Shown here piece after piece: positions 21,331 to 33,240 of a stretch of DNA of 64,000 nt; the stretch's first letter is position 1; each line of letters opens with the position of its first letter. Under the pieces are notes generated by a model. It was given only the letters and a program-made list of their open reading frames with translations. It was not told the origin of the DNA and searched no databases. The position numbers and the translations under genes are program-made. Source of the stretch: Podarcis bocagei (taxonomy: Eukaryota). The stretch lies in assembly GCA_964188305.1 (NCBI GenBank), contig OZ076897.1; one strand, 5' to 3'.

Positions 21331-22415
21331 CCGATGCATTGTGTAGAGAGCTAGATTTGTGGAAGTTCTCCATTTATTCTATGAGCCTGCTGGTTCTGTT
21401 TTGACTTTTGTCCCTTCAACCGTTAAGAGCAATGCAAAGCTTAATCATAAGACAAATTGTTCTTGTTTTGTGATGGTAGGGGAATCCCATTGACAGTGGA
21501 GGCAAGCTAGGGTTATATGCTCTGTGTGAGTATGTCTTCTGCTATTAGTATGCAAGGACACCCAGAGTAATAGTTTTCTTCCCATCTAGAAAATTCACAT
21601 TGAAATGCTCCCATTTCCCCCCAAAAGTGCCTGTATTCCTTTCTGGTGAAGTCAAATGCCTGCCTTGGCATTTTATACATCTGAGCCATTTGATCTATCA
21701 ATTAATAAGACTTTAACCAAACACTGTAAAGTAGGGGACCATCAGAGAGGCCTCAGCCCTTGGCTGGGATTGCTAAGACTCACTGTGAACAGCTGGCCTC
21801 TTTACAGTCCTTGTGATGCAGATTAAATGAAAATAATACATGGCAGAGAGAGAAAAAGGCAAAATCATTTGAACTTCACAAGTTATAGCCCTGAGCCATT
21901 TCACTACAGCTCATTAGGGAGTTTATGTTTATACTGTAATGCCTTTAAATATATCTGATTTTTCTAAACAGGGTTTTGTAAATTAGAACTTTCCCAAGGG
22001 GCTAACCCGGTGCAAGCTGTTCTACTTGGACTGTAGCCGGAACGAAAAGGCTACAGGGGAGCAGGAACGGATCAGAGTATGAGGGCTGGGGCTGAGATGG
22101 TACCCGACTTGGACAAGTTCAACTGTCTCTCAGCCATGAAGCTTGCTGGGTGGCCTTGAGAAGTTCCCCCTCTCTTTCTTAGCCTAGTCGGCCTCTCAGG
22201 GTCATCCCAAAGCTAGTGGAAATCCAAGTAAGAATGATAAAAATGGGTTGCTTAATAGATTCACATTTTCACATTGTGATTTATGCAAGAAGTTGTTGTT
22301 TGTCTGTCGTTAGTTGGCTCCAAAATGCACAAGTAACTGATTACGTGGGAAATAACTTGCATGAGCAGCATTACACCAGCCAGTTGTGACGTTGCTCTGG
22401 ATTTATGACTTAGGA

Positions 22416-22549
22416 CAGGCTTCCTCACTCAGCCCTCCAGATGTTTTTGGCCTACAACTCCCATGATCCCTAACTAGTAGGACCAGTGGTCAGGGATGAT
22501 GGGAATTGTAGTCTCAAAACATCTGGAGGGCTGAGTTTGAGGAAGCCTG
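22416..22549. mobile_element. hAT (URR1-like) MITE
   Basis: TIRs CAGGCTTCCTCA / TGAGGAAGCCTG and a perfect 8-bp TSD ACTTAGGA. Confidence 0.92.
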
Positions 22550-22936
22550 ACTTAGGAAATCAAGCCAAGACCACAGTATCTGTAGGCAGCTGCATCCAAC
22601 ACTGTCATTGTCACCAGATGTTGATACCAAACACCACAAACATATTTGCCATGGAGTTTGTGCAGATGGGCGATGGCAAAGACAAGACAAGGGAAGCTGC
22701 ATCTCTGCACCAACCCATGGGCTTTCTCGATGTCAACAACCCATCGGGAAGCTACATGCTGTAATGTAGCCATAAGCTGTTACAATCACGCGCAGCATAG
22801 TTGGGCAAGTTGGGCTCGGTTGTCTCACGTAACCATGAACACTATCATGGCTACTACACTAATCTGTGTTCTGTTCCAGCTTCACATGTCCACAGGATTA
22901 GGGTGAGCTTCAGTTGCTGTTGCTTCCCATTTATAT

Positions 22937-23506
22937 ACTGGTGGCTCCCCACTTGTGTGTGCTCAATTTACACGCAGCCGTGGATGTGCATGGTGCCAGA
23001 AAAAAAATTAATAAATTGACTAAAATTGCAAAAAGGCTAAAAACAGACTGAAAAGAGTGGGGGAAACTGCAAAAACCGCATAAAAAGAGTTAGAAAACAG
23101 ATAGTAGTCCCAGGAGCCTTTACAGCTGCAATCCCAGGAGCCTTAGTTAATGACCTTTGAGGCCTGTGGATACTTTGAATTTGAGAAAGGAGGTTTGGAG
23201 GAAGGAATTGTGGTGGAGTTTGACTTATTTTTGGTGTAGTTTAGCACTTCAGGGAATTGCTCCACCTGTCTTGTTGTTGTTTTCACATCATCCTCCAGTG
23301 AAGAGGAAGACTGAGAGCCACCATTGCCACCAGTCATGCCATTCTGGTAAGTGCTGCTGGTTTTTTAAGGGGTTTTCAAGGGTTTTCCCAAAGTTTAGAG
23401 GGTGTTCATAGTCTTTTTAGATGGCGTTTGTTCCCTACTATACATGATTTCATGTATGCGGGCGGTACCCGGAAACATAACCCCCACGTAAGTGAGGAGA
23501 TGCCTG
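22937..23506. mobile_element. Degenerate Tigger-like element
   Basis: TA-flanked imperfect TIRs (CTGGTGGCTCCCCACTTG / CGTAAGTGAGGAGATGCCTG) and a GGAAACATAACCCCCACGTAAG subterminal motif typical of pogo/Tigger ends. Confidence 0.45.
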
Positions 23507-23826
23507 TACAACATTTTCACCCATGCATAGTTTGTGGGACTAATTTTAACAGTGGGGTATGACAGTAAGGGGTGTGTCATATATCTACTTACTACTGTCC
23601 TGTGTAAAGCTATCTGGCAACAAGACACAATGAGATATGTATGATTAACTCATCCAATCTTTTTGAGGGAAGTCACTTGGTGCTCTGAAATTATATCTCC
23701 TGGCCCTGGGGAATGGTCTAAGAAGATGTGAAACTTTTCCATGGCTAAATCTCACCTGATCTCTGCTCAGTCAGTGCCAGATTGGAGCTCCATTTAAGCT
23801 GCTCTGAGCTTCAGTGTGATATGGAA

Positions 23827-24008
23827 GGACTTCAGCTCAGTGGCAAAGCACTTGCTTTTCATGCAAAGGGTCCCAGGCTCAATCCTTGACCTCTCCAGCT
23901 TGGACTGGGAGAGGTCCCCATCCAAAAGCCTAGATAACCAATCAGCACAGACAATACTGAGCTAGATGGACCAATGGTCTGACTCAGTATAAGGTAGCTT
24001 CCTCTGTT
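23827..24008 (+). mobile_element. tRNA-derived SINE (Squam3-like)
   Basis: AGCTCAGTGGCAAAGCA...GGTCCCAGGCTCAATCC head and tail GACAATACTGAGCTAGATGGACCAATGGTCTGACTCAGTATAAGG. Decayed relatives lie near 26180-26340 (-), 38950-39140 and 62495-62575. Confidence 0.7.
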
Positions 24009-25029
24009 TGTAACTAAATAATTGACTCCTTTTTTGAGAGAGCCAGACTAGGTAGAAAGTTGGACTGAGAACAAGGAGATACTTAAATTGGAATGTTTTA
24101 TTGCATATTTTAATTTTGGCTGATTCCATTTTAATGTTTTATTAGGATTTCTTTATTCCCTATTTTCTTTTTGGGCAATTTTATTTTAATGGGAATGCCT
24201 TATTCTATTGTGGATGGCTTGCGGAATTGGTTTTTATACTTGTAAACTGCTTAGAAGCTTATTTTGACATTAAGTGGTAGATAAATAAGTAATGCATCTT
24301 TTTTTAAAGAAAAAAAATCACTACTCAGCTGTAGATGGCCTTGGACTCATCACACTCTTCCCACCATTGTTTTTCAATCTAACCAGGCATGCTGTGAGGA
24401 TAAAATTAGACAACCCATGCAAAGCCACCATAGACTCCTCACAGGAGATTCAAATCTGACAGCTACAAATAAGCCATGGATTGAATATATTTCATGCACA
24501 TATGGTAATCAGCTACATTTCAGGCTACCAGTGGCTCACCGTTGGCTAATTTAAAGTCAAGGATTTTTATTATATTTTAAGTTCTGTATGCCTGTACAGA
24601 TAATTCACAATCCACACACCCCCTTCCTCCATAAATTCCACTTCATTGGGTACATTTCTGCTTCCTTTTGTGTATTTCAACAACGATAAGAGCTAATAAA
24701 ATATGGTTATTTTCCTAAAACCTAATGAGCATAGGAACTTATTCTGCATATCTCACACTGCCTTAAAGATGCTGGAGATAGGCCCCAAAACCAGGCTAAA
24801 GTTAGCACATACTATATACTATCATTCAAAATTGTTTAGACTTTTTCTTTTGATTCATGCCGTTGCTGTATTTTGCACATCCTCCTGGCCACTCTGAGCA
24901 GCTGTAACAACACTTGCGGTATTACCAGTAATTTGCAACTTATCAAACATGATTGAACCTTGTTCTTTTGTGTAAATGAAACAGAACTCTCTGGTTAGCT
25001 TTCTTTATACTTTGGAAATAGTGCAAAGG

Positions 25030-25201
25030 NNNNNNNNNNNNNNNNNNNNNNNNNNNNNNNNNNNNNNNNNNNNNNNNNNNNNNNNNNNNNNNNNNNNNNN
25101 NNNNNNNNNNNNNNNNNNNNNNNNNNNNNNNNNNNNNNNNNNNNNNNNNNNNNNNNNNNNNNNNNNNNNNNNNNNNNNNNNNNNNNNNNNNNNNNNNNNN
25201 N
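25030..25201. other. Assembly gap
   Basis: Run of N. Confidence 1.
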
Positions 25202-25722
25202 ATATTTTTCTAATGTCAAAATGGAAATGCTAAGACTAAAAAATAAGTTTGAGTGGGATGAAGATGCGTGCCTGATAGGCTGCAAAAATAATGAATGTTT
25301 GCGCCATAACGAGCAAGGCCCTTCTCTGAGGTTTCGCCCCCTTAATGAAACAAAACAGAGCGAGCAATTTTCTGTTGGAATGGCTTTCCTCAGAGTCTTG
25401 GCAACTTTTAATTAGTTCTGCTGGGATTCAAATGTAAAATTGGAGCGCAGTGCTCTCCCATTCAGCAGGCTGCATAGCTTACCTATCCTGCAGAACTCTT
25501 TCCAGCTAGAGATTGAGAGTTGATCCTATCGTTGCCTGAGTTAAATCATATCCAAGCCTCTGGCACATAGCATTTGGAGTGCAGTGACTTGTACCTAATG
25601 CCGTCCAATGTCAAATATGCATCACATGAAACAAAGGCTGAAGAGATTAAGACTAGAGCTTCATTCATCTAAATGCATATGGACAGATCCTGTCTATATC
25701 TTCTCTAAGCGATGGTATGTAT

Positions 25723-25861
25723 NNNNNNNNNNNNNNNNNNNNNNNNNNNNNNNNNNNNNNNNNNNNNNNNNNNNNNNNNNNNNNNNNNNNNNNNNNNNNN
25801 NNNNNNNNNNNNNNNNNNNNNNNNNNNNNNNNNNNNNNNNNNNNNNNNNNNNNNNNNNNNN
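25723..25861. other. Assembly gap
   Basis: Run of N abutting a SINE tail. Confidence 1.
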
Positions 25862-26176
25862 AGGTCCAGTCGTGACCGACTCTGGGGTTGCGGCACTCAT
25901 CTCGCTTTATTGGCCGAGGGAGCTTCCGGGTCATGTGGCCAGCATGACTAAGCCACTTCTGGCAAACCAAAGCAGCACACAGAAACTCCATTTATCTTTC
26001 TGCTGGAGCGGTACCCATTTATCTATTTGCACTTTGATGTGCTTTCGAACTGCTAGGTTGGCAGGAGCAGGGACCAAGCAATGGGAGCTCACCCTGTCGT
26101 GGGGATTCGAACCACTGACTTTCTGATCAGCAAGTCCTAGGTTCTGTGGTTTAACCCACAGCGCCATCCGCATCCC
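25862..26176 (-). mobile_element. Sauria SINE (tail lost in the gap)
   Basis: High similarity to 20016-20352. Confidence 0.92.
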
Positions 26177-28065
26177 TTGACTAGGAACAACTTAGGAACC
26201 CACATAATACTGACCCAGATCATTTGTCCACCTAGCTCAATATTGTCTACATTGACTGCTCCCCAGGGTTTCAGAGATGGGGCTCTCATGTTTTTATCTT
26301 TCAGCATCCAAAGTAAATGTTCTACCAATGCCACTTAGCTATAACACTTTGCATATAATCCTTTATACTAGTGACCAAAAATTACAAGTAATCACCTTGG
26401 CCTGAAAAAAATCAAAGAGACCTAATGCTTTAGATTCAGACAATAATTGTTCATAACATAAATTATCATTTGGCTATAATTTGGCTATAATCAACTGTAT
26501 ATGTGGTTTTTTTCTGTGTCAGCTGAAGCGCCACATTTTCCCTTCCACATGTAGGATCGATGTGTAGAATGTGGAGCTGCAAACTCTGTTGTGTGTTGAT
26601 TTCATTAACTTAGGTAAAATATTTATACCCCATTCCTTAATCTCCAGAGCACACACAGCATCTGACAAACATAAAATTCCAATAAAACTTAAAAATCATG
26701 CAGATAAACCAATTGAGGGTGGGGGTGGGGAGATTAAACACAGCAGCAGCAAACTACTTTAAGGGGAAGGGGCGAGACACAGCAGCATCTTCAAAGTCTT
26801 TCAGAAATTTGGCAGAGAAGGAACCTGATGAATTGATGGTGGAAGATCATTCTAGATTTGAGGGGCCACAATTGAAAAGTCCATGCTGCTCTGTCGTCAC
26901 CCAACTCACTTCAGAATAAAAAAGGTACTCTGAGCTGTTCTAGAGTGCATGTGGAGTCTGACATGAGAAGTGCATACATTTTGAGCCCCCATTGTTGAAC
27001 TAATGAGAGAGTTTTCGGCACAGTTTTTTTTTAAAAAAATTGCAGGAATGGTTTTCACATATGGTTTCATGGAAAGGCACAGTGACTCGGTAATGTTTCC
27101 TTTCATATGAGAATTGGGTTTCCATTGCTTTCTCAATACCTGAATGGTTAGTGATGAAGACCGAATTGAAATGCATCATGCTATCTGTAAAACAATTATA
27201 GCCAACATGTGAATTTATAAGCATTTTGTAAAGTGGGTATAAATGATCAGCATTATTGTGTATATGTTATTTGATTATTTTTAGAACATTGTACAATATG
27301 TTATTATGCACTGTTACTTTTTCATCATTATTTGTGACCTTTTCAATTATATATTACAATTCCAAGTGCCCTTTCTTTGTTTTGTTTTCTGTTTTTCATC
27401 CACAAGAGGCCTTTTTTTTTGTTTTGTTATCCTAGTGAAAACCAAGAGAGAATACAATAATGCATCTTTTCTCCTTGGCCTTTGGGTTCAGCTGCCTACT
27501 GATGCTTGCTTGTTCTATGTTTTGCTAGTTTGTCGAATTTGTTTTTGTAACCAACAAGTAAGTGCTCTCAACTGAGATGTGCTGCTTTAATAAAATAATC
27601 AACCATCACAACCATCTCTGTGCTCTCTTTGACTTTGAAGCCCGAGGCATTTTAGAGAGCTAAAGGATTTCCTGAGAGCAGGGGGGAGGACATTGTGGAG
27701 ATCATGAGAGATAAGAAGCACAAGGCTATCAATGACTACTAGCCCCAACTGCCACTGTTGGAGGCAAACTACTTTTGAATGCCACCAGTGGGAAGAGGGC
27801 TTCCGATAAGTATCTGTTTGGCCACTGTGAAAACAGGATGCTGGACTAGATGGTTTATTGATTTGATCCAGCGGGGTTATTCTTATATATATATAGGAAA
27901 GTACTGCTAGCGAGCTCTCTAATCTGGCCCAACCAGGGGTCTGATCCCTGCCTCTTTCTCCTTAAAGTATTATAGGACAGATGAGTGACTAGGCAAACAA
28001 GTGTGGCCATCATGAGCTAGCAAGATACTGAATGTCCTTCAGTGTTCATCTTCAAGCCTTTCTTT

Positions 28066-28536
28066 AAATTTTGAAATTAAGTGAACAGGGGAGAAATTTG
28101 ATTTTGTTCACATTTAAAGTCAAATCTTTCATATCTGCATTTTCCAAAACAACATGAGAAATGAAGCACAGCCATCCTTCCAAATTCACGGTTATCTGAA
28201 TTTTGCAATGCAGTTAGCCAACCAAATAATATTAATAAAAATGCATGTATTAGGAAAAATTGTGCATAAAAATGGATATATTAGTGGTAAAAAAAAGCAT
28301 CATGTTAGATGGCATTGCTTGTGAAAAGGCGTACAGTGCTAATAACTGCATAAAATGTGTTTATTTGGATAAATTTTCACAAAAATGCTGTAGAATTTTC
28401 ATGCTGTAGAATTTTCATGCAGCAGAATTTTCATGCTGTAGAATTTTCAGATTGTTGCAGAAATGTGGAGAACTGAATTTAAGATATGAAAAATATTAAG
28501 GTGAGAGAAGCGAAATTGATAGACCTTTCTATCCCT
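28066..28536. mobile_element. AT-rich non-autonomous DNA element, with relatives at 56021-56374 and 61781-62192
   Basis: Shared GAAATTTGATT, CACAGCCATCCTTC, AAATTTTCATG and GAGAACTGAA.TTAAGAT motifs, ending ATCCCTA. Contains a 16-bp tandem (ATGCTGTAGAATTTTC)x4 at 28385-28448. Confidence 0.65.
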
Positions 28537-30876
28537 AAAAGTGAATGAGAGACAATGGGAGGTTAGTCAGAGTAGAACCACTGAAATCAATGAGACTTCC
28601 TTCCATCGTAAATGCATGAGTTATTTAATATTTTTTATTTAAATATTATACCAGCCTCCGGGCAAATCTCAAGGCAGTTTAGAACAGTCAATGGTAACTT
28701 TTAAAGAAGACATTAAATAAGCAGAGTAAGATACAACAGAAGAAGAGGCCTGCTGGATAAGGCCACAGGCCCAACATCCTCACAGTTGTGGACAAGATGT
28801 CCTTGACCAGCACATGAGCACTCCAGCACTCTCCCCTCTTGTGATTCCCAGCAATTTGTATTCAAACGCATAAACAACCACAGAGGCAACAATAACCATA
28901 ACAGCCAGGCAATCTCTCAAGGCTTGGTATCAATAACCCATAAAGTCTAGAGGAATAAATATATTTTCAGGAGTTACTGCAAACTAAACCTTCATTCAGG
29001 GAGAGATGGCTCTGCAGACCCACAAAAATCTCTCCCTTGGTTACACCAGATGTCCTTCAGTGGTTTGCAATACAAAAAAGGGTCCTCATCCTGAGATCTT
29101 AATAGCTGGTCTCCTCATCATATAGGTGAAAGCTTTCTTTCAGTGAACCAGATCCCAGGTTGTTCAGACCCTTATAAGTCAATAGCATAACCTTAAATTT
29201 GGCCTGGTAGCAAACAGGCTGGACTTTCAAGAGTGGATGTTAATTGATCATGATAGACTGCTCCAGTTAGCAGTCTCACCACTACATTTTGTAGACCATT
29301 CAGGGCAGCTTACGTTGTGTTCCTAAGGCAGCAATTGTTGTGCATGTTTTGCTTATAAAACTAAACTATGTTTGGACTTTAGTTGCAGCTCAGGTGCATG
29401 ACTCAACTTGATGGTCATTCCTAGGGATCTGGGTTCTGAGAACCATGTGGAGTCACTATAAATACTTGGGAAGCAGAACTGCTTAGAGAGAGAGAGGAGG
29501 AAACCAAGGCGGAGATCGATGACAAAAGAGGGCTGAGCTCAGCTGGGTGGGAAAGACCATTAAGAGGACAAAGTCAAATTGTTTTTCAAGGCCTCAAAGG
29601 CTATGCCTGCTGGAGTGTAACATTGCTGAAGCCACTGGAGAACTGTGGATGTATCACTGGCTGAGAGAGAAGAATGAGGTCCATAGAATTTTCCAAGAGG
29701 TGTGTGCAGTGGCTCTGGGCCAATGGCTGAGCACAGTGGAAAAATGTTATTGATGCCAGTGACTGGAGAGATTTCTGTCCCTCTGCAAGATTTGTGAATG
29801 ATCCACACAAAGATTTGGCAGCGGATACTGAAATACCTGCATGTCACATGTGCACAGCTGTGTATATGAGCCATGCCTTATTGACCCCTGAGGTCAACCA
29901 TAGGGCAATCCATAGGGATAAACACTGTACACTAATGAACCATTTATCCCTTCCTTTCTCTAACTTAATTAATTTATTCTCTCACCCATTCTTGGGGGAC
30001 TTCAATTAAGACAGAGAAATCTGTCAAACCTGCAGGCTCCCTTCCTTACTAAAACATTTGCTGGTTAGGCGGCGATCCCAAAATTCACCAAGCGATGCCA
30101 TAACTCTGGTCGTGTCTTCCAGCAAATCAAAACGGTTGACATGAAGGAGCAATCAATCAGACCTATTCCTTGGGATGTATAAAATATGTACACGGCGAGG
30201 TGCTTAAGCCACAGCATTAAAGCAGCTGCGAGTTAGTATTTAAACGGCAAATATGCTAAATATATTTTAAAATTTGCAGCATTTGCAATTCCCATCATCA
30301 AATGAAGTTTGCAGGTGTTCAAATGCGTTGTTAATCCTGGAGGTTTTTCAGAAAACTATTAGCAATATTAAATTGAAACTATGGAACACAGGCAAGCTAT
30401 TTGGTTGGAGGAAAAAGTACAGCAATAAATAATGTCTCTTGATGACTGATACAATAATTCAAGACCTTTTAAGGTGGTCCTGCTTTCGCCCCATTTCAAG
30501 CACAGTAGAGCGACCATTTTAATATTACTATAATGCAGATAAAAACAGTTGCATTGGGGTGGGGGTGAGGAACAGTGCTCCTTTGTTTAAGACAAAAAAA
30601 GGGAGGAAAACGACCCCATAACTTTATTTAGCCCATCAGAGTAAAAGGTCAATGCCGTGATGAATGTAAATGTTCCTTACTCTGCACCAAACCAAGGAAG
30701 TATATTTGTGGCACCATATCCCCAGCCCAAGCCCGCCTTGCTCTAACCAGACCTAACAAATCAAGTATGACGGGATGTGCTGGCATTTCCTGCAGTGGGA
30801 AAGGAGAGCTGAAAAGAATGTCAATATTTCTCACATCTGGCAACCAATGCGCCCATTTGATTTCAGATAGTACATG

Positions 30877-31201
30877 CACGACTCTGGGGTTGCAGTGCTC
30901 ATCTCGCTTTACTGGCCGAGGGAGCCGGCGTTTGTCCGCAGACAGCTTCCAGGTCATGTGGCCAGCATGACTAAGCCACTTCTGACGAACCAGAGCAGCG
31001 CACGGAAATGCCATTTACCTTCCTGCTGGAGTGGTACCTATTTATCTACTTGCACTTTGAGGTGCTTTCGAACTGCTAGGTTGGCAGGAGCTGGGACCGA
31101 GCAATGGGAGCTCACCATGTCACAGGGATTCGAACCACCGACCTTCTGATTGGCAAGCTCTAGGCTCAGTGGTTTAGACCACAGCGCCACCCGCATCCCA
31201 T
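30877..31201 (-). mobile_element. Sauria SINE lacking its 3' tail
   Basis: SINE body with TSD TACATG at 30871-30876 and 31202-31207. Confidence 0.9.
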
Positions 31202-31350
31202 TACATGGGTAAATGAGTCTAAAACCCCCAAGACACAAAAATTCATGCCCCCCCCCAGCAGCTATGGTGGCTCATTTATTGATTCTGACCAAACTAAGCC
31301 TCCTGATGTATATTTTGCTCTAGGAGGCTTAGTTTGGTCATAAATGAGTA

Positions 31351-31592
31351 CAGTGGTATCTCGGGTTACATACACTTCAGGTTACATACACTTCAGGTTA
31401 CAGACTCCGCTAACCCAGAAATAGTACCTTGGGTTAAGAACTTTGCTTCAGGATGAGAACAGAAATCGTACAGCGGCAGCACAGGGGCAGCAGGAGGCCC
31501 CATTAGCTAAAGTGGTGCTTCAGATTAAGAACAGTTTCAGGTTAAGAACGGACCTCTGAAACGAATTAAGTACTTAACCCGAGGTACAACTG
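31351..31592. mobile_element. Tigger-like MITE, family B
   Basis: TA-flanked, same family as 5020-5261. Confidence 0.9.
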
Positions 31593-31960
31593 TATAAACT
31601 TCCAGAGTTAACACTAAATACATTAATTCTGGTAAATGAGCCACCATAGCCACTATAGGGCCATTAAAATTTGTCTCCTGGCCTTTTTAGACTCGTCTAC
31701 CCATGTACTATCTAAAACCAAAGGAGTGCACTGTTTGCCAGATGTGAATTTTCTTTTTCCAGCTCTCCCACCCCACTCCCTCCTTTTCCAGGGCATGACG
31801 ACTTCCCACAAGTAGCAAGTGGTATTGTCACAATTTGACTACAGAGAAAGGTTTTCTCCATATCTTATTATTCATCGCACGCAGTGCTGTGTTTCTTCTG
31901 CTGTAGTTCAACCTCCAACAAAAACAGCATCATTTAAATGTGTCATTAATTACATTAGTA

Positions 31961-32375
31961 CAGTGGTACCTCGCAAGACGAATGCCTCGCAAGACAAAAA
32001 ACTCGCTAGACGAAAGGTTTTTCCGTTTTCGATTTGCCGCGTAAGACGAATTTCCCTATGGGCTTGTTTCGCAAGACGAAAACGTCTCGCGACTTTGTTT
32101 CCTTTGTCTAAAAACAAAGACATGTTTTGTTTATAAAGTTAATTTATTTTCCCTTCAATTTTTGAACTGCTCTTTACAGTATGTGTGACTTTAAAGAGCA
32201 GTTAATAAACTGTTGCTGTACCAAATTTGGCTTTGTTTGGACTTTTTTTGACCATAGGAACGCATTAATTGATTTTCAATGCATTCCTATGGGATTTCGT
32301 GATTCGCAAGACGAAAAATTCGCTAGACGACAAAACTTGCGGAACGAATTAATTTCGTCTTGCGGGGCACCACTG
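31961..32375. mobile_element. Tigger-like MITE, family A (415 bp)
   Basis: TA|CAGTGGTACCTCGCAAGACG...GGCACCACTG|TA, near-identical to 47094-47508. Confidence 0.93.
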
Positions 32376-32412
32376 TATTACATTATTCCACACCAGTCAT
32401 CTCCATAGATTT

Positions 32413-32590
32413 GGAGAGCTGGAAAAGGTTCAGAAATGCACAACCACAATGATTGGGGTGTGTGTGTGTGGAGCAAATAAAGGTTGCAGCAATGGGAACA
32501 TTTTAGTTCAGAAAAAAGGGGAGCAAGAGGTGAATCGATAGTCATTTATAAAATTATCCATGTCATGGAGAAGGTGGATAGATAGCACTT
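32413..32590 (+). mobile_element. Old CR1 LINE ORF2 fragment
   Basis: GAGCTGGAAAAGGTTCAGAAA (ELEKVQK) ... TATAAAATTATCCATG (YKIIH), decayed. Confidence 0.6.
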
Positions 32591-32604
32591 GGAGCATCTA
32601 GGGA

Positions 32605-32605
<1 letters not shown>

Positions 32606-32635
<30 letters not shown>

Positions 32636-32734
32636 AAGAAGAAGAAGAAGAAGAAGAAGAAGAAGAAGAAGAAGAAGAATTTGTAATTTATACCCCACCC
32701 ATCTGGCTGGGTTTCCCCAGCCACTCTGGGCAGC

Positions 32735-32789
<55 letters not shown>

Positions 32790-33240
32790 TGATAAAACAT
32801 CAAACATTGAAAACTTCCCTAAACAGGGCTGCCTTCAGATATTTTCTAAAAGTCAGATCATTGTTTATTTCCTTGACATCTGATGGGAGGACATTCTACA
32901 GGGCGGGTGCCACTACCGAGAAGGCCCACTGCCTGGTTCCCTGTAGCTTAATTCTCGCATTGAGGGAACCGCCAGAAGACCCTCAGAAGTGGACCTCAGT
33001 GTCTGGGCTGAATGATGGGGGTGGAGACGCTCCTTCAGGTATACTGGGCCAAGGCTGTTTAGGGCTTTAAAGGTCAGCACCAACACTTTGAATTGTGCTT
33101 GGAAACATACTGGGAGACAGTGAAGATCCTTTAGGACTGGTCTCAGAGGCCACTCCCAGTCACCAGTCTAGCTGCCGCATTCTGGATTAGTTGCAGTTTC
33201 CGGGTCACCTTCAAAGGTAGCCCCACATGGAGCGCATTGC
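32606..33240 (-). mobile_element. L2 LINE 3' fragment with (GAA)n and (AAT)n microsatellites
   Basis: Reverse complement of the L2 end, with (GAA)n at 32606-32679, (AAT)n at ~32735-32788 and AGGGAT on both flanks. Confidence 0.9.

Larger units (their letters stand above)
30831..31747. mobile_element. Foldback (long-TIR) element split by two younger insertions
   Basis: The left arm (30831-30876 plus 31208-31278) is the reverse complement of 31633-31747. Two internal hairpins are present. Confidence 0.75.

Noticed and set aside
24976-26126. Long ORFs spanning N runs
   Set aside because: They are artefacts of assembly gaps and SINE sequence.
28385-28448. CRISPR-like short repeats (also 4341-4448)
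   Set aside because: These are head-to-tail tandem repeats without unique spacers, in eukaryotic DNA with no cas genes.
32546-32803. Poly-Arg/Ile/Leu ORFs (also poly-Asn at 6073-6264)
   Set aside because: These are translations of microsatellites.
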